The position numbers were made by a program, and so were the translations under genes. From NCBI GenBank assembly GCA_963977445.1, contig CAXBPH010000037.1, positions 1 to 37,094 of the forward strand: a stretch of DNA of 37,094 nt. Reading direction: 5' to 3'. A model generated the notes under the pieces. That model did no database searches. It had not been told where the DNA came from and worked only from the letters and a program-made list of their open reading frames with translations. This DNA is from an uncultured bacterium (lineage in GTDB: Bacteria; Hydrogenedentota; Hydrogenedentia; Hydrogenedentales; JAEUWI01). Each line of letters begins with the position of its first letter. Positions within the stretch are counted from its first letter, which is position 1. This document shows positions 23,908-33,229 of the stretch, one piece after another.

Positions 23908-25653
23908 TTAATCTTCGTAACTATCGGTGTGATACAACACTTCAGCAGCCGTCGTAATTCCCTGAACGGCCTTGAGCAACCCGGCCTCACGCAGCGTAAT
24001 CATACCCAGGTGCTTCCGGCTGTAACGACGCAATTTCATGGACGTGGCACTTTCGAGCACCAAGTCACGCATGCCTTCATCTACGTTCAACATTTCATAC
24101 AGACCGGTACGACCGGAATAGCCGGTGTACTCGCAACTCTGACATCCGACCGCTTTGACCAATTGGAATTTGGGATCGTTACGCCAGGCGGTGGGGATGC
24201 CGAGCTTGTCCATTTCTTCTTCATCGGGCTTGTAGACTTCTTTACAGAAACGACAAACCTTCCGGCAGAGACGCTGGGCCAATACGGCCTCCAGGGACGC
24301 GGCGATGAGGAAGGGTTCCACATCCATATCCAGCAACCGGGTAATTGTTTCCGGTGCGCTGTTGGTGTGCAAGGTGCTCAGCACCAGGTGACCCGTCAAG
24401 GAGGCTTCCACCGCGATCTGGGCAGTCTCCAAATCTCGAATCTCACCAACCATGACGATGTCCGGATCCTGTCGCAAAATAGACCGCAAACAGCGGGCAA
24501 AGGTCAGGCCGACATCATCGTTTACCGCGCACTGAATCAGCTGGTCAATCTGAAATTCGACCGGGTCCTCGGTAGTGATGATTTTCACACCGGGGTCATT
24601 GAGCAAATTCAGACAGCCATAGAGGGTCGTTGTCTTACCCGAACCGGTGGGCCCGGTAACGAGCATGATGCCGTTGGGCTTCCGGATGGCGTTATTGATG
24701 TTTTCAAAAATATCCTGGGGAAAGCCCAGCGCGATCAGATCGTGTTTTACCGCATTCCGGTCAAGAATACGCATGACCACGCTCTCGCCATGGAGTACGG
24801 GCAGGGTAGATACACGAATATCGATAACCGTGTCGCCCACTTTGAGCTCGATTCGATTATCCTGAGGCATACGGCGTTCACTGATATCCATATTGGAAAT
24901 AACTTTAATACGGGAAATCAGGGCAATGGCCAGGTTACGGGGAGGATTCACGATCTCCTGAAGAATACCGTCCACGCGGATACGAATACGGAAATCATCT
25001 TCATAGATTTCAAAGTGAATATCCGACGCACGCTTCTGCACCGCTTCCAGGAAGACCAGGTTCACAATCTTGATGACTTCCGGCTGCTGAGCCAGTTCCA
25101 CCAGGTTGTCGGTGTCGCCCGTGACCTCCTGCATCCCCATTTCTTCCATGGAGAGTGCACCGGTACCCACCTTCTCCTGCAACTCCAGCAACATCTCATG
25201 GATCGAATCTCCCTCGAAGGAGTAGTTCGCTTTCCATGACGCCGCCACATCTTTTTCATTGCTGACGGCACCCATCACTTCCATGCCGGTGATCTGTTGC
25301 AGATCGTCCAGCACTTGAATGTTGAGCGGATCGGCCATGGCGACGATAAGCTTGTTGCCCGTCTTACGGATCGGCACCACGCTATAAAACTTCGCCACGT
25401 CCGCCGTTACGGTACGGATAACTTCTTCGGAAATCTTCACCTTGCTGAGGTCGATTCGCTCCATGCCCGATTGCACGCCGAGGGACTCAATAATGTCCTG
25501 CTCTTCACACAATCCCATGGTAACGAGAACACGACCGAGCATGTCCCCGGTCAATCGCTGACGCTGAAGCGCCTCATCCAATTGAAGGGGGCTGATTACA
25601 CCCTGTTCAACCAGAATGTCGCCCAGTTGTTTTTCGCGTGATCCTAGTGCCAT
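23908..25653 (-). CDS. pilB: Type IV pilus extension ATPase PilB with N-terminal MshEN-like domain (581 aa)
   Basis: ASDIHFE, Walker A GPTGSGKT, EDPVE, LRQDPDIVMVGEIRD, TGHLVLSTLHTN, Zn site CRFC...CQSC; N-terminal QLGDILVEQGVISPLQLDEALQRQ. Confidence 0.93.
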   Translation of the reverse strand: MALGSREKQLGDILVEQGVISPLQLDEALQRQRLTGDMLGRVLVTMGLCEEQDIIESLGVQSGMERIDLSKVKISEEVIRTVTADVAKFYSVVPIRKTGNKLIVAMADPLNIQVLDDLQQITGMEVMGAVSNEKDVAASWKANYSFEGDSIHEMLLELQEKVGTGALSMEEMGMQEVTGDTDNLVELAQQPEVIKIVNLVFLEAVQKRASDIHFEIYEDDFRIRIRVDGILQEIVNPPRNLAIALISRIKVISNMDISERRMPQDNRIELKVGDTVIDIRVSTLPVLHGESVVMRILDRNAVKHDLIALGFPQDIFENINNAIRKPNGIMLVTGPTGSGKTTTLYGCLNLLNDPGVKIITTEDPVEFQIDQLIQCAVNDDVGLTFARCLRSILRQDPDIVMVGEIRDLETAQIAVEASLTGHLVLSTLHTNSAPETITRLLDMDVEPFLIAASLEAVLAQRLCRKVCRFCKEVYKPDEEEMDKLGIPTAWRNDPKFQLVKAVGCQSCEYTGYSGRTGLYEMLNVDEGMRDLVLESATSMKLRRYSRKHLGMITLREAGLLKAVQGITTAAEVLYHTDSYED

Positions 25654-25659
25654 AAGCGT

Positions 25660-26763
25660 TTAGTTGGCCGCCGGTAAAGGCGCCGGCCCTCCTTCGAGCC
25701 CGAGTGCCCGGGCATTGGCTTCAAATTCGTCGCGGAACTGCGCACGACTTGCGCAGTCCTCGTAGCTACAGATGCCCTTACGATAGAGGGCCAGGAGATG
25801 CTCGTCCAACAGATTCATACCATACTTATGTCCGGTCTGAATGGCCGAGGTGATACGATACGTCTTATTTTCACGAATCAGATTCTGAATCGCCGACGTG
25901 GTGATCATGATTTCATAGGCCGCCACACGACCAAAGCCACTTTTCCGGGGCACCAGGGCCTGCGAAATTACGGCCTTCAGGTTACCGGCAAGCTGGGTAC
26001 GAATCTGTTCCTGCTGGTTCGTGGGAAAGGCGTCAACCAGACGGTCAACCGTACGTACGGCACCGGTGGTGTGCAACGTTCCAAATACCAGGTGACCCGT
26101 TTCCGCTGCGGACACCGCCGCACCGATCGTTTCCAGGTCGCGCATTTCGCCCACCAGAATCACGTCCGGATCCATTCGGAGCGAACGTCGCAGGGCTTCG
26201 GCGAAGGTGGGCACGTCTACACCCACTTCACGCTGGGTGATGATACTTTTCTTGTGATAGTGATAGTACTCGATGGGATCCTCGATCGTAATTATATGGT
26301 GATCGAAGGTCATGTTCATCCAGTCAATCATGGTCGCCAGACTGGTGGATTTACCCGAACCCGTAGGACCCGTTACAAGGATCATACCGCGGGGCTGCGT
26401 AATCACTTCCTTCAGGGAAAGGGGTAAGCCGATCTCTTCGAAGGTCATCATGTTTCGGGGAATTAATCGGAGCACCATGCCCACATAGCCACGCTGCTTG
26501 AAGACGGCGACACGAAACCGGGCCACGTCTTCAAAGGCGAAACCAAAGTCGGTGCCACCCACTTCCTGCAGTTCCTGCTGGTTATCCACCGAGGCGATGC
26601 TTTTCATCAAGCTCTCGGTGTCTTCACTTGTGAGTGGATTATCACCAAAAAACTGCATGTGCCCGTGCACACGGCCCGCCGGTGGATCATCCACGGCGAT
26701 ATGCAGATCGGACCCATCACGGTCAATCAACATGCGCAACAAGCTAACCATTTCATATGCCAT
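25660..26763 (-). CDS. pilT: Type IV pilus retraction ATPase PilT (367 aa)
   Basis: GSDLHI, GPTGSGKST, HIITIEDPIE, QREVG, LRMDPDVILVGEMRD, AETGHLVFGTLHT and the PilT motif variant AIQNLIRE. Confidence 0.96.
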   Translation of the reverse strand: MAYEMVSLLRMLIDRDGSDLHIAVDDPPAGRVHGHMQFFGDNPLTSEDTESLMKSIASVDNQQELQEVGGTDFGFAFEDVARFRVAVFKQRGYVGMVLRLIPRNMMTFEEIGLPLSLKEVITQPRGMILVTGPTGSGKSTSLATMIDWMNMTFDHHIITIEDPIEYYHYHKKSIITQREVGVDVPTFAEALRRSLRMDPDVILVGEMRDLETIGAAVSAAETGHLVFGTLHTTGAVRTVDRLVDAFPTNQQEQIRTQLAGNLKAVISQALVPRKSGFGRVAAYEIMITTSAIQNLIRENKTYRITSAIQTGHKYGMNLLDEHLLALYRKGICSYEDCASRAQFRDEFEANARALGLEGGPAPLPAAN

Positions 26764-26798
26764 AACGTGTTATCTCCCAAGAATGAACCGACTGTAGG

Positions 26799-28631
26799 TC
26801 AGTCCATTATCGCCTTAACAAGTGGTTCGTCGAGACGGGTCCGACGATTTACTTCTTCCAGAGTTGTAATACCATTTTGCGCCTTTTGCCAGGCGTCTTC
26901 ACGCATCGTTACCATGCCTTCTTCCCGGGCCGCACGTTTGATGGCGGTCGCCGATTCCTTATTCATCAGCATGTCACGGATACGGTCCGTCGTAATCATT
27001 AATTCGTAGGCGCCCAATCGGCCTGCATGGCCCGTGTCGTTGCAGTTGTCGCAACCGGCACCGTGATAGAGCTCTATCTTGTCTACGTCCACAGGAATAC
27101 CCAGGCGGATCAATTCCTGCTCGTCGGGTTCACAGGACTCTTTACAGTTGGTGCAGATGGTACGCACCAGACGCTGTGCCAGAATCGCGCGCACACCGGA
27201 GGCCACCAGGAAGGATTTAATCCCGATATCCACCAGACGGGTGAAAGAACTCGCCGTGTCGTTGGTGTGCAACGTACTGAACACCAGGTGACCGGTCAGG
27301 GCCGCTTTGATAGCGATTTCCGCCGTCTCCGCGTCTCGAATTTCACCAACCATCACGATGTTCGGATCCTGTCGCATAATGGCACGCAGGGCCCGTGTAA
27401 AGTCGAATTTAATTTCGTGGTTGATCTGCACCTGGTTGATACCCGCCAGCTGATATTCCACCGGGTCTTCTACGGTGATGATCTTGGTGTCGGGCTTGTT
27501 GAGGGTGTGCAACGAAGCATAGAGCGAAGTCGTCTTGCCCGAACCCGTCGGTCCTGTCACGAGAATAACCCCCGTGCTCAGGCCCATGAGCTGCTCCCAG
27601 GTGCGCTGATGCTCCGGACAAAATCCCAACTGACCCAGACCGAGGAGCAAGCCACTCTTATCCAGGATACGCATAACCACACTCTCGCCATAGAAGGCCG
27701 GCAGGGCGCTCACACGCAGATCGACGATTTTGCCGTTCATGTTCATCTTGATACGACCGTCCTGGGGGACGCGACGTTCGGTGATATCCATGCCCGACAT
27801 GATCTTCAGTCGGGAAATAATAGAGGCTTGTGCCCGCTTGGGCGGGGGGGGCATGAGCTGCATGACGCCATCAACCCGGTATCGCACTTTTACGTCGGCC
27901 CGGGAGGGTTCCACGTGTATATCACTCGCCCGCAGGCGGAAGGCTTCGAGGATCAGCTGATTCACATAACGCATGACGGGACTATCGTCGCCGTCATCGT
28001 CATCGCCGCCCCCAAGAGCGTCCGCGTCCATGGCATCAATGCTGATGCTGCTCAGGCTGATATCGCTCTGACTCATGCTGCCCATGCTGCTCATGGAAGA
28101 ATCGAGGGAGCTCAGATTGGACATGGTGCTGAGGGTGCTCATGCTGCTCGCAGAGCTCACGGAAGACAACATGGTTTCCACCGTGTTGTCTTGAAGGCCA
28201 TAGCATTTGGCCAAAGCCACCGACACTTCCTCTACCGTGCTCAAAACCGGTTCTACATTCCGATCAAGGAGACGACGGAGGTTGTCGAGGTTATTAATAT
28301 TGGTCGGGTCGGCCGTCGCGATGACAATGGTGTTGCCCCGCTCTTCGATGGGGATTACCCGATAGAGCGTAGCAATACTACCGTCGATCAGTCCGCGAAT
28401 ACGCTCAGGGATCTCCCGATCACTCAACTTCACAATCGGGATGCCCAGCTGATCGGCCAGGCCTTCCGTAATGTGATGCTTACTGATGTAATTCAGACGG
28501 ACGAGGATCTCACCTATCTTCCGGTGGGCCATTGTCGTCTGTTGTTTGTGGATGGCTTCGTCAAGCTGTTGTTGCTTGATAATGCCCTTTTCCACCAAAC
28601 GTTGCCCAAATAAGGAGTACGTGGTCTGCAT
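26799..28631 (-). CDS. pilB: Second PilB-family extension ATPase with MshEN-like domain and Ser-rich linker (~610 aa)
   Basis: ASDIHVEP, PQDGRI, GPTGSGKT, EDPVE, RQDPNIVMVGEIRD, TGHLVFSTLHTN, CTNC...CDNC. Start trimmed to ATG 28631 (RBS GAGAGGT; the promoter position argues against the GTG at 28655). Confidence 0.92.
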   Translation of the reverse strand: MQTTYSLFGQRLVEKGIIKQQQLDEAIHKQQTTMAHRKIGEILVRLNYISKHHITEGLADQLGIPIVKLSDREIPERIRGLIDGSIATLYRVIPIEERGNTIVIATADPTNINNLDNLRRLLDRNVEPVLSTVEEVSVALAKCYGLQDNTVETMLSSVSSASSMSTLSTMSNLSSLDSSMSSMGSMSQSDISLSSISIDAMDADALGGGDDDDGDDSPVMRYVNQLILEAFRLRASDIHVEPSRADVKVRYRVDGVMQLMPPPPKRAQASIISRLKIMSGMDITERRVPQDGRIKMNMNGKIVDLRVSALPAFYGESVVMRILDKSGLLLGLGQLGFCPEHQRTWEQLMGLSTGVILVTGPTGSGKTTSLYASLHTLNKPDTKIITVEDPVEYQLAGINQVQINHEIKFDFTRALRAIMRQDPNIVMVGEIRDAETAEIAIKAALTGHLVFSTLHTNDTASSFTRLVDIGIKSFLVASGVRAILAQRLVRTICTNCKESCEPDEQELIRLGIPVDVDKIELYHGAGCDNCNDTGHAGRLGAYELMITTDRIRDMLMNKESATAIKRAAREEGMVTMREDAWQKAQNGITTLEEVNRRTRLDEPLVKAIMD

Positions 28632-28661
28632 AGTGACACCTCTCGCTTTTGACACACTGTA

Positions 28662-28690
28662 ACTCTACCAAAGAAGGTGTAGTTTGTCAA
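28662..28690 (-). promoter_or_regulatory. sigma70-type promoter of the second (pilus) cluster
   Basis: Minus-strand TTGACA (28690-28685), 17-nt spacer ending in TGG (extended -10), TAGAGT (28667-28662); about 30 nt upstream of the pilB ATG. Confidence 0.65.
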
Positions 28691-29055
28691 TGTAAATACT
28701 GAGAGTAATTACTGATATATCTGGACTTACGACCATTTGTGTCAAGTAATTACCGGCCCAAGATTAAAAAGAACGCACGAAATAGGATCCCATTTCACCT
28801 GATCAGAGCACGACCCCGACAGCCCCCGGGGGAGCCAATGTTTATCCCAATTAGATCTCATTGTCACCGATTCACGTCACAATGTCAAGAGTTGTCCCCG
28901 GCGGCAGGGGGCGACTGCGGCGCGGCACGACGTCGAATACCTCGTGCGACACCCTGTCACCTTCCCACGTTCGGCTATCCGGCATTCCCTGTCTCCCAAC
29001 ATGGATTCCGGATCGCCCACAGACACCCAACCTGGTCAGGCGTCCCCGAAGCTTC

Positions 29056-29586
29056 TTACGCCGTAACGCTTACAAAAGTGATCTCACAACGGAGCCCCCG
29101 GTCACGGACCGCCGGCTCCATCTCCATCTTATAAATAGTAACCAGATTCTTGCTGGCCCGAATCTTAAACAGCAGATCAATCACTTCCGTGAGGGAAACG
29201 CCGTTCAGTTCCAGTTCCACCATAGGGTGCTTGGGCCATTGTTTTTTGTTTCGGGAATTCTGGTCATTGCCAAGCTTTGCCCGTTCACTGAGCCCCGCCT
29301 CGCTGACCATACCATTGATGAACGGAAAGAGGCTGAAGGTGCTTCCCCGGGCATTCAATTGCTCCAGCAACTGCTGCTGACTGCTCACCCGCTCCAACTC
29401 GGCAATCCGCTCCAACTCCGCCAACTGCAGCTCCTGGGTCTTTAGCGTCATATCGGCCTTGGCCGATTGGAAACGCTTTCCCCAGCTATTGGGCACATAG
29501 AAGGCCATAAAAATCGCCAGCAAGAGGAAAAGCACCGCAAAGGCGACCGTTCCCTTCTCCCGCGAATCAAGATCATTCACTCCCAT
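29056..29586 (-). CDS. gspM: Type II secretion protein M (176 aa)
   Basis: LDSREK, a TM helix, a coiled coil and VELELNGVSLTEVIDLLFKI. Overlaps the gspL stop; start trimmed to ATG 29586. Confidence 0.75.
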   Translation of the reverse strand: MGVNDLDSREKGTVAFAVLFLLLAIFMAFYVPNSWGKRFQSAKADMTLKTQELQLAELERIAELERVSSQQQLLEQLNARGSTFSLFPFINGMVSEAGLSERAKLGNDQNSRNKKQWPKHPMVELELNGVSLTEVIDLLFKIRASKNLVTIYKMEMEPAVRDRGLRCEITFVSVTA

Positions 29587-31030
29587 CGTCTCCCTCCTCC
29601 GTAATGCGGTGTACCCGCACGGTAAATGTGATTTCACTGCCCTCCGCCTGTTGGGCAATCTCGCTGTCCACGCGGAACAACGCCGATTTCTCCAACGCCG
29701 CCTTCACCTCGCCCACATGGGCCGCATTGGTGGTGGATCCGTAGATGGTTACCCAGCCACTGCGGGCTCCAGGCGGCGAAACGGTTACACGGGTAATCAA
29801 TACCTTGGATTCCGGCATGAACTTGCTGATGTCATCCAGCACGTCGAGCATGGGTGGATCGCGAAAGAAGTTCACGTTCACATCCTGGCCCAGGCCTTCT
29901 TTTTCCAGCGCCGCAATTTCCGTATCGAGCTTGCCGATTTCTGCTTCGAGGAGGGCCACCTGACCCCGATAGTAATTCGCGCCGATGTAGTAGTAGGCAC
30001 CCCAGAACAAGAGGGCTACCAGCGCCATACCCGAGGCATAGACCAGATGGGGCGCCACGGCACGGACCACACTCGCCTGATTGGTGCTGCCTTGGTCAAA
30101 GTTCAGTGCAAGGGAGCCACCGGCACCGGAAAAAGCCGCACCAATGACACCTTCCCAGCAATTGGGACCCTGGGGCAAGTCGTCCCGGGACAAGATAAGT
30201 TCACTACCCTTAATACCCTCGAGCATGGAAGCCGAATGCACCGGCAGGCGCAACGCCGTCGACAGGTCATCCTGCTCGGCCGGTGAAAGAGAAAGGCCCG
30301 TTAGGTCCAGGTCCGCAATTTCACCACCCCCCCGCCACTTCGACAGGAAGGCCCGCAAGGTAATCTGCACTTCACGGCCCACCCGTTGGGGCGACTCAAG
30401 TACCGCGTTGCCCTTCAGGGGCAGATTGCGGAAATAGGCCAGGGTACCGTTAAAGAGAACGGCCAGGCTCAGACACTCATCCCGCACGTGCAAGATTGCC
30501 TGCAACCCTTTCGCAGCTTTTCGGCCCGACTGCCACAACCCCGTCAGGGCCACGGCATCCAGATTCACCGCCTCCACCTCAATACCCGCTTCGTCGAGGA
30601 TATGGCGTTGCTCTTCCAGGTGCGTGCGGCGCACCCCGACAGCCAACACTTCGGTCTCGCCATCCACTTCCGCCACCAGATTAAAATCAAGCAGGAGCTC
30701 ATCGATGGGAAAGGCCAGGTGGGGCTCCAACTCAAACTGAGCCGCCGCCAGCACACGCTTCCGTCCACGAATGGGTATGGTGATAGAGCGAACGATGCTA
30801 TGGCGACCGCTCGCACACAGCACAAACACCACGGGTGGATTCTTCAAGGCGTCGACGGCCTCGCTCACCGCCAGCACCAGCGCCGGAATGCGATCTTCTT
30901 CTTCCGCATAGGCCGCAACCCGCGACTGCACTTCAAGCACCGTGGGCGTGCGACCGCCGGTCTTCACCACCGCCACGCGGACTTCGTTGTCCACAAATTC
31001 GATGGCACCTATTTTTGCACTCAACAGCAT
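29573..31030 (-). CDS. gspL: Type II secretion protein L (PilM/PilN-like, 485 aa)
   Basis: Degenerate actin-like domain (FELEPHLAFPIDELLLDF), LNF, a TM helix and a PilN-like C-terminus (LDVLDDISKFMP...VTIYG...ALEKSALF). Lies between gspK and gspM. Start trimmed to ATG 31030 (RBS GGAG). Confidence 0.8.
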   Translation of the reverse strand: MLLSAKIGAIEFVDNEVRVAVVKTGGRTPTVLEVQSRVAAYAEEEDRIPALVLAVSEAVDALKNPPVVFVLCASGRHSIVRSITIPIRGRKRVLAAAQFELEPHLAFPIDELLLDFNLVAEVDGETEVLAVGVRRTHLEEQRHILDEAGIEVEAVNLDAVALTGLWQSGRKAAKGLQAILHVRDECLSLAVLFNGTLAYFRNLPLKGNAVLESPQRVGREVQITLRAFLSKWRGGGEIADLDLTGLSLSPAEQDDLSTALRLPVHSASMLEGIKGSELILSRDDLPQGPNCWEGVIGAAFSGAGGSLALNFDQGSTNQASVVRAVAPHLVYASGMALVALLFWGAYYYIGANYYRGQVALLEAEIGKLDTEIAALEKEGLGQDVNVNFFRDPPMLDVLDDISKFMPESKVLITRVTVSPPGARSGWVTIYGSTTNAAHVGEVKAALEKSALFRVDSEIAQQAEGSEITFTVRVHRITEEGDDGSE

Positions 31031-31087
31031 TAACGCTACTCCGTATATGCGGCGGGACCCATCGGATCGACCACCGCCCAAAGGGGC

Positions 31088-32362
31088 CTATTGTATAACT
31101 TTCCATTCCAGAATGCGATAGAACTCTTCCAATGCAGGAATCACAATGTTCGAAGCGCCCCCATTCGGGTCCAGTTGATTGGTGTTCTGGGTATTACCCG
31201 TCGGGAATTCGTAAAGGCTTTCATCCTGAGGCACCCGAAACACATAGGCCTCATTGCGCACCATAATATCATCGAGCAGGGCGTCGCCCTGGATCCGGAA
31301 GATGTGGCTGTATACCGTAAACATATTCCGAATCGCATCGTTCTGCTGATCCCGCTGTTGTTGCTGGTCGTTGTTGTTTCGGCGCGACGGCGATCGGGTC
31401 GTTGTATTTTCTGCGTCACCGGCCGTCACGTCAGAAAAGGTGACATACTGACTGAGCTGGCCCACTTCGGTGAAGGGCTCACTCACCTCCACATCCAACA
31501 CCACCGTCAAAATCCCCTCCACATCCACATCGTCTGCCAGGGGACCCGTCGCCCCCTGGAAACGCCACCCTTCACGCATGGCTTCCAGCACTTCACAAAG
31601 CCCCGTGTCGTAGTCCACATAGGCCGTATTGGGGTTGATGCGCCCGAGCCAGTCGCCATGAACCGTCAGATACTCCGACAAGGGCAACTGGATGGGCTCC
31701 ACATTCTGCTTGCCGAAATACAAATCCGTTGTCATCCCTTTGATCAGCAGCAACTCGTCGATAGAGTCCATCGGGCCGTTTTTGCAGGGGTAGGGCACTT
31801 CCGATGCCTGATAAAAATCGCTCTCCGCGCCATCATCGGTGACTTCATTATCCTCATCCATCCAGTCGATGAGCGAATCTACCAGCCCCTCGGCATTCAC
31901 GCTGTCGTCCCGGGTGGTAAAGAAATACACCAGGGCTTCCTTGATATGCTCCCGGACCGTCGGCTCACCGGCAGCCTCGTAGTAGACCAGGGCATTCAGA
32001 TTAATCTTGCCAAACTCATCGGAGATGGTCGTTCGCATGACCGCATCATTCAGCGGCTCGAAGGTGCTGGGTTGGGCCCACGCGCTCAGGCGGCTATCGG
32101 AAGGCACACTACTCCCCCCCGCCACGGCCAATTCGTTCTGGAGGCGATCCGTCTCGAGGATGGCGATGCCGTTGTAGACCGCCGAACGCGCCGCCAACCG
32201 TGCCTGAAAGTCGTTTCCCGCATTCAAGGCATAGGACGCCTCCACCTGGGCCTCGTAGGCAAACTCCACCACCAGCACGGTAAGCAGCACAACAAAGAGC
32301 AGCGTCAAAATTAACGCCACACCTTCGTTTCTCTTTTTTCGTCTCTGCTTCATGGGTTTCAT
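31088..32362 (-). CDS. gspK: Type II secretion minor pseudopilin K (424 aa)
   Basis: NEG|VALILTLLFVVLL, DEFGKINLN, LIDWMDED, GAESDFY, KNGPMDSIDELLLIKG, GRINPNTA, SHIFRI, ILEWK. Confidence 0.93.
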   Translation of the reverse strand: MKPMKQRRKKRNEGVALILTLLFVVLLTVLVVEFAYEAQVEASYALNAGNDFQARLAARSAVYNGIAILETDRLQNELAVAGGSSVPSDSRLSAWAQPSTFEPLNDAVMRTTISDEFGKINLNALVYYEAAGEPTVREHIKEALVYFFTTRDDSVNAEGLVDSLIDWMDEDNEVTDDGAESDFYQASEVPYPCKNGPMDSIDELLLIKGMTTDLYFGKQNVEPIQLPLSEYLTVHGDWLGRINPNTAYVDYDTGLCEVLEAMREGWRFQGATGPLADDVDVEGILTVVLDVEVSEPFTEVGQLSQYVTFSDVTAGDAENTTTRSPSRRNNNDQQQQRDQQNDAIRNMFTVYSHIFRIQGDALLDDIMVRNEAYVFRVPQDESLYEFPTGNTQNTNQLDPNGGASNIVIPALEEFYRILEWKVIQ

Positions 32363-32386
32363 TTCATAGGGACCCGCCGAGTCCCA

Positions 32387-33229
32387 TTATTTCTCTTCAA
32401 AAATAGCCGAACCGCCATCCACGGTCTCCGAATAGCGCTTGTGATTGGGGTCCTGAAAATCCGGGGTTATCACACCGGCACCCGTGGGCAACACCACCAC
32501 GAGACTCATATCCGGGTCTTCTTCGGTGCCCACCCCGTCCGCGAGGTCGCCCCGCAATTGCTCTTCCGTCTTGGCAAGATTCACGCCCACCCGGATGGCC
32601 CAAGGCAACATACCGATTTCATCCGAATTCCATTCTTCCACCCACTCCTCCGCCACACCGTCATAGTATTCAAAGTTGATGGAGCGAATGGGAATCTCCC
32701 GCTGCCAGAGTCCTTCTTCGTCATCTTCAAAAAACGCCTCGTCACTGTCTTCACCCAGGGTGAGAGGACGCTCGGTAATAAACAACGTCACCGACGGTTT
32801 TTCTTCGTCAATATCGGCCCCAAAGGTCTTGAAAACACTGTCTTCCGACGTGGTCGGGTCGTCAATGAGGTATTCCACCTTTTTCACGATACCCGGCAGC
32901 GATTTTGCGCCGCTCGTGGGCAGGGTCGTCACGAAACTCAGCGTATCCGCCGGGCCAAAGGCACCGGACTCATCTTCGCCGACCAAGGCATATTCACCCG
33001 AAAAATTGGCGTGTACCGCGCTCAAATTGGTGCCAAGATGCTCGCGCAGGTAGGTCTGGATACGCATTTCATCGGTGGACGACCGGGCAATCTCTGCCGA
33101 GTCCGCCACCGCGATAAAGCTGGTGTAAATGGCGGCCACGAGTCCCACGAGGATGACCATGGCCACCATGAGCTCAATGAGGGTAAAGCCGCTATTAGGC
33201 CGCACCCGATGCAACGCAGGACCGGCCAT
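32387..33229 (-). CDS. gspJ: Type II secretion minor pseudopilin J (280 aa)
   Basis: NSG|FTLIELMVAM and a C-terminal FEYYDG...WVEEWNS...LPWAIRV motif; position fits. Confidence 0.85.
   Translation of the reverse strand: MAGPALHRVRPNSGFTLIELMVAMVILVGLVAAIYTSFIAVADSAEIARSSTDEMRIQTYLREHLGTNLSAVHANFSGEYALVGEDESGAFGPADTLSFVTTLPTSGAKSLPGIVKKVEYLIDDPTTSEDSVFKTFGADIDEEKPSVTLFITERPLTLGEDSDEAFFEDDEEGLWQREIPIRSINFEYYDGVAEEWVEEWNSDEIGMLPWAIRVGVNLAKTEEQLRGDLADGVGTEEDPDMSLVVVLPTGAGVITPDFQDPNHKRYSETVDGGSAIFEEK

Noticed and set aside
28880..28920. Terminator after gspM (gttgtcccc...gggggcgac)
   Set aside because: Imperfect stem without a U-tract; insufficient support
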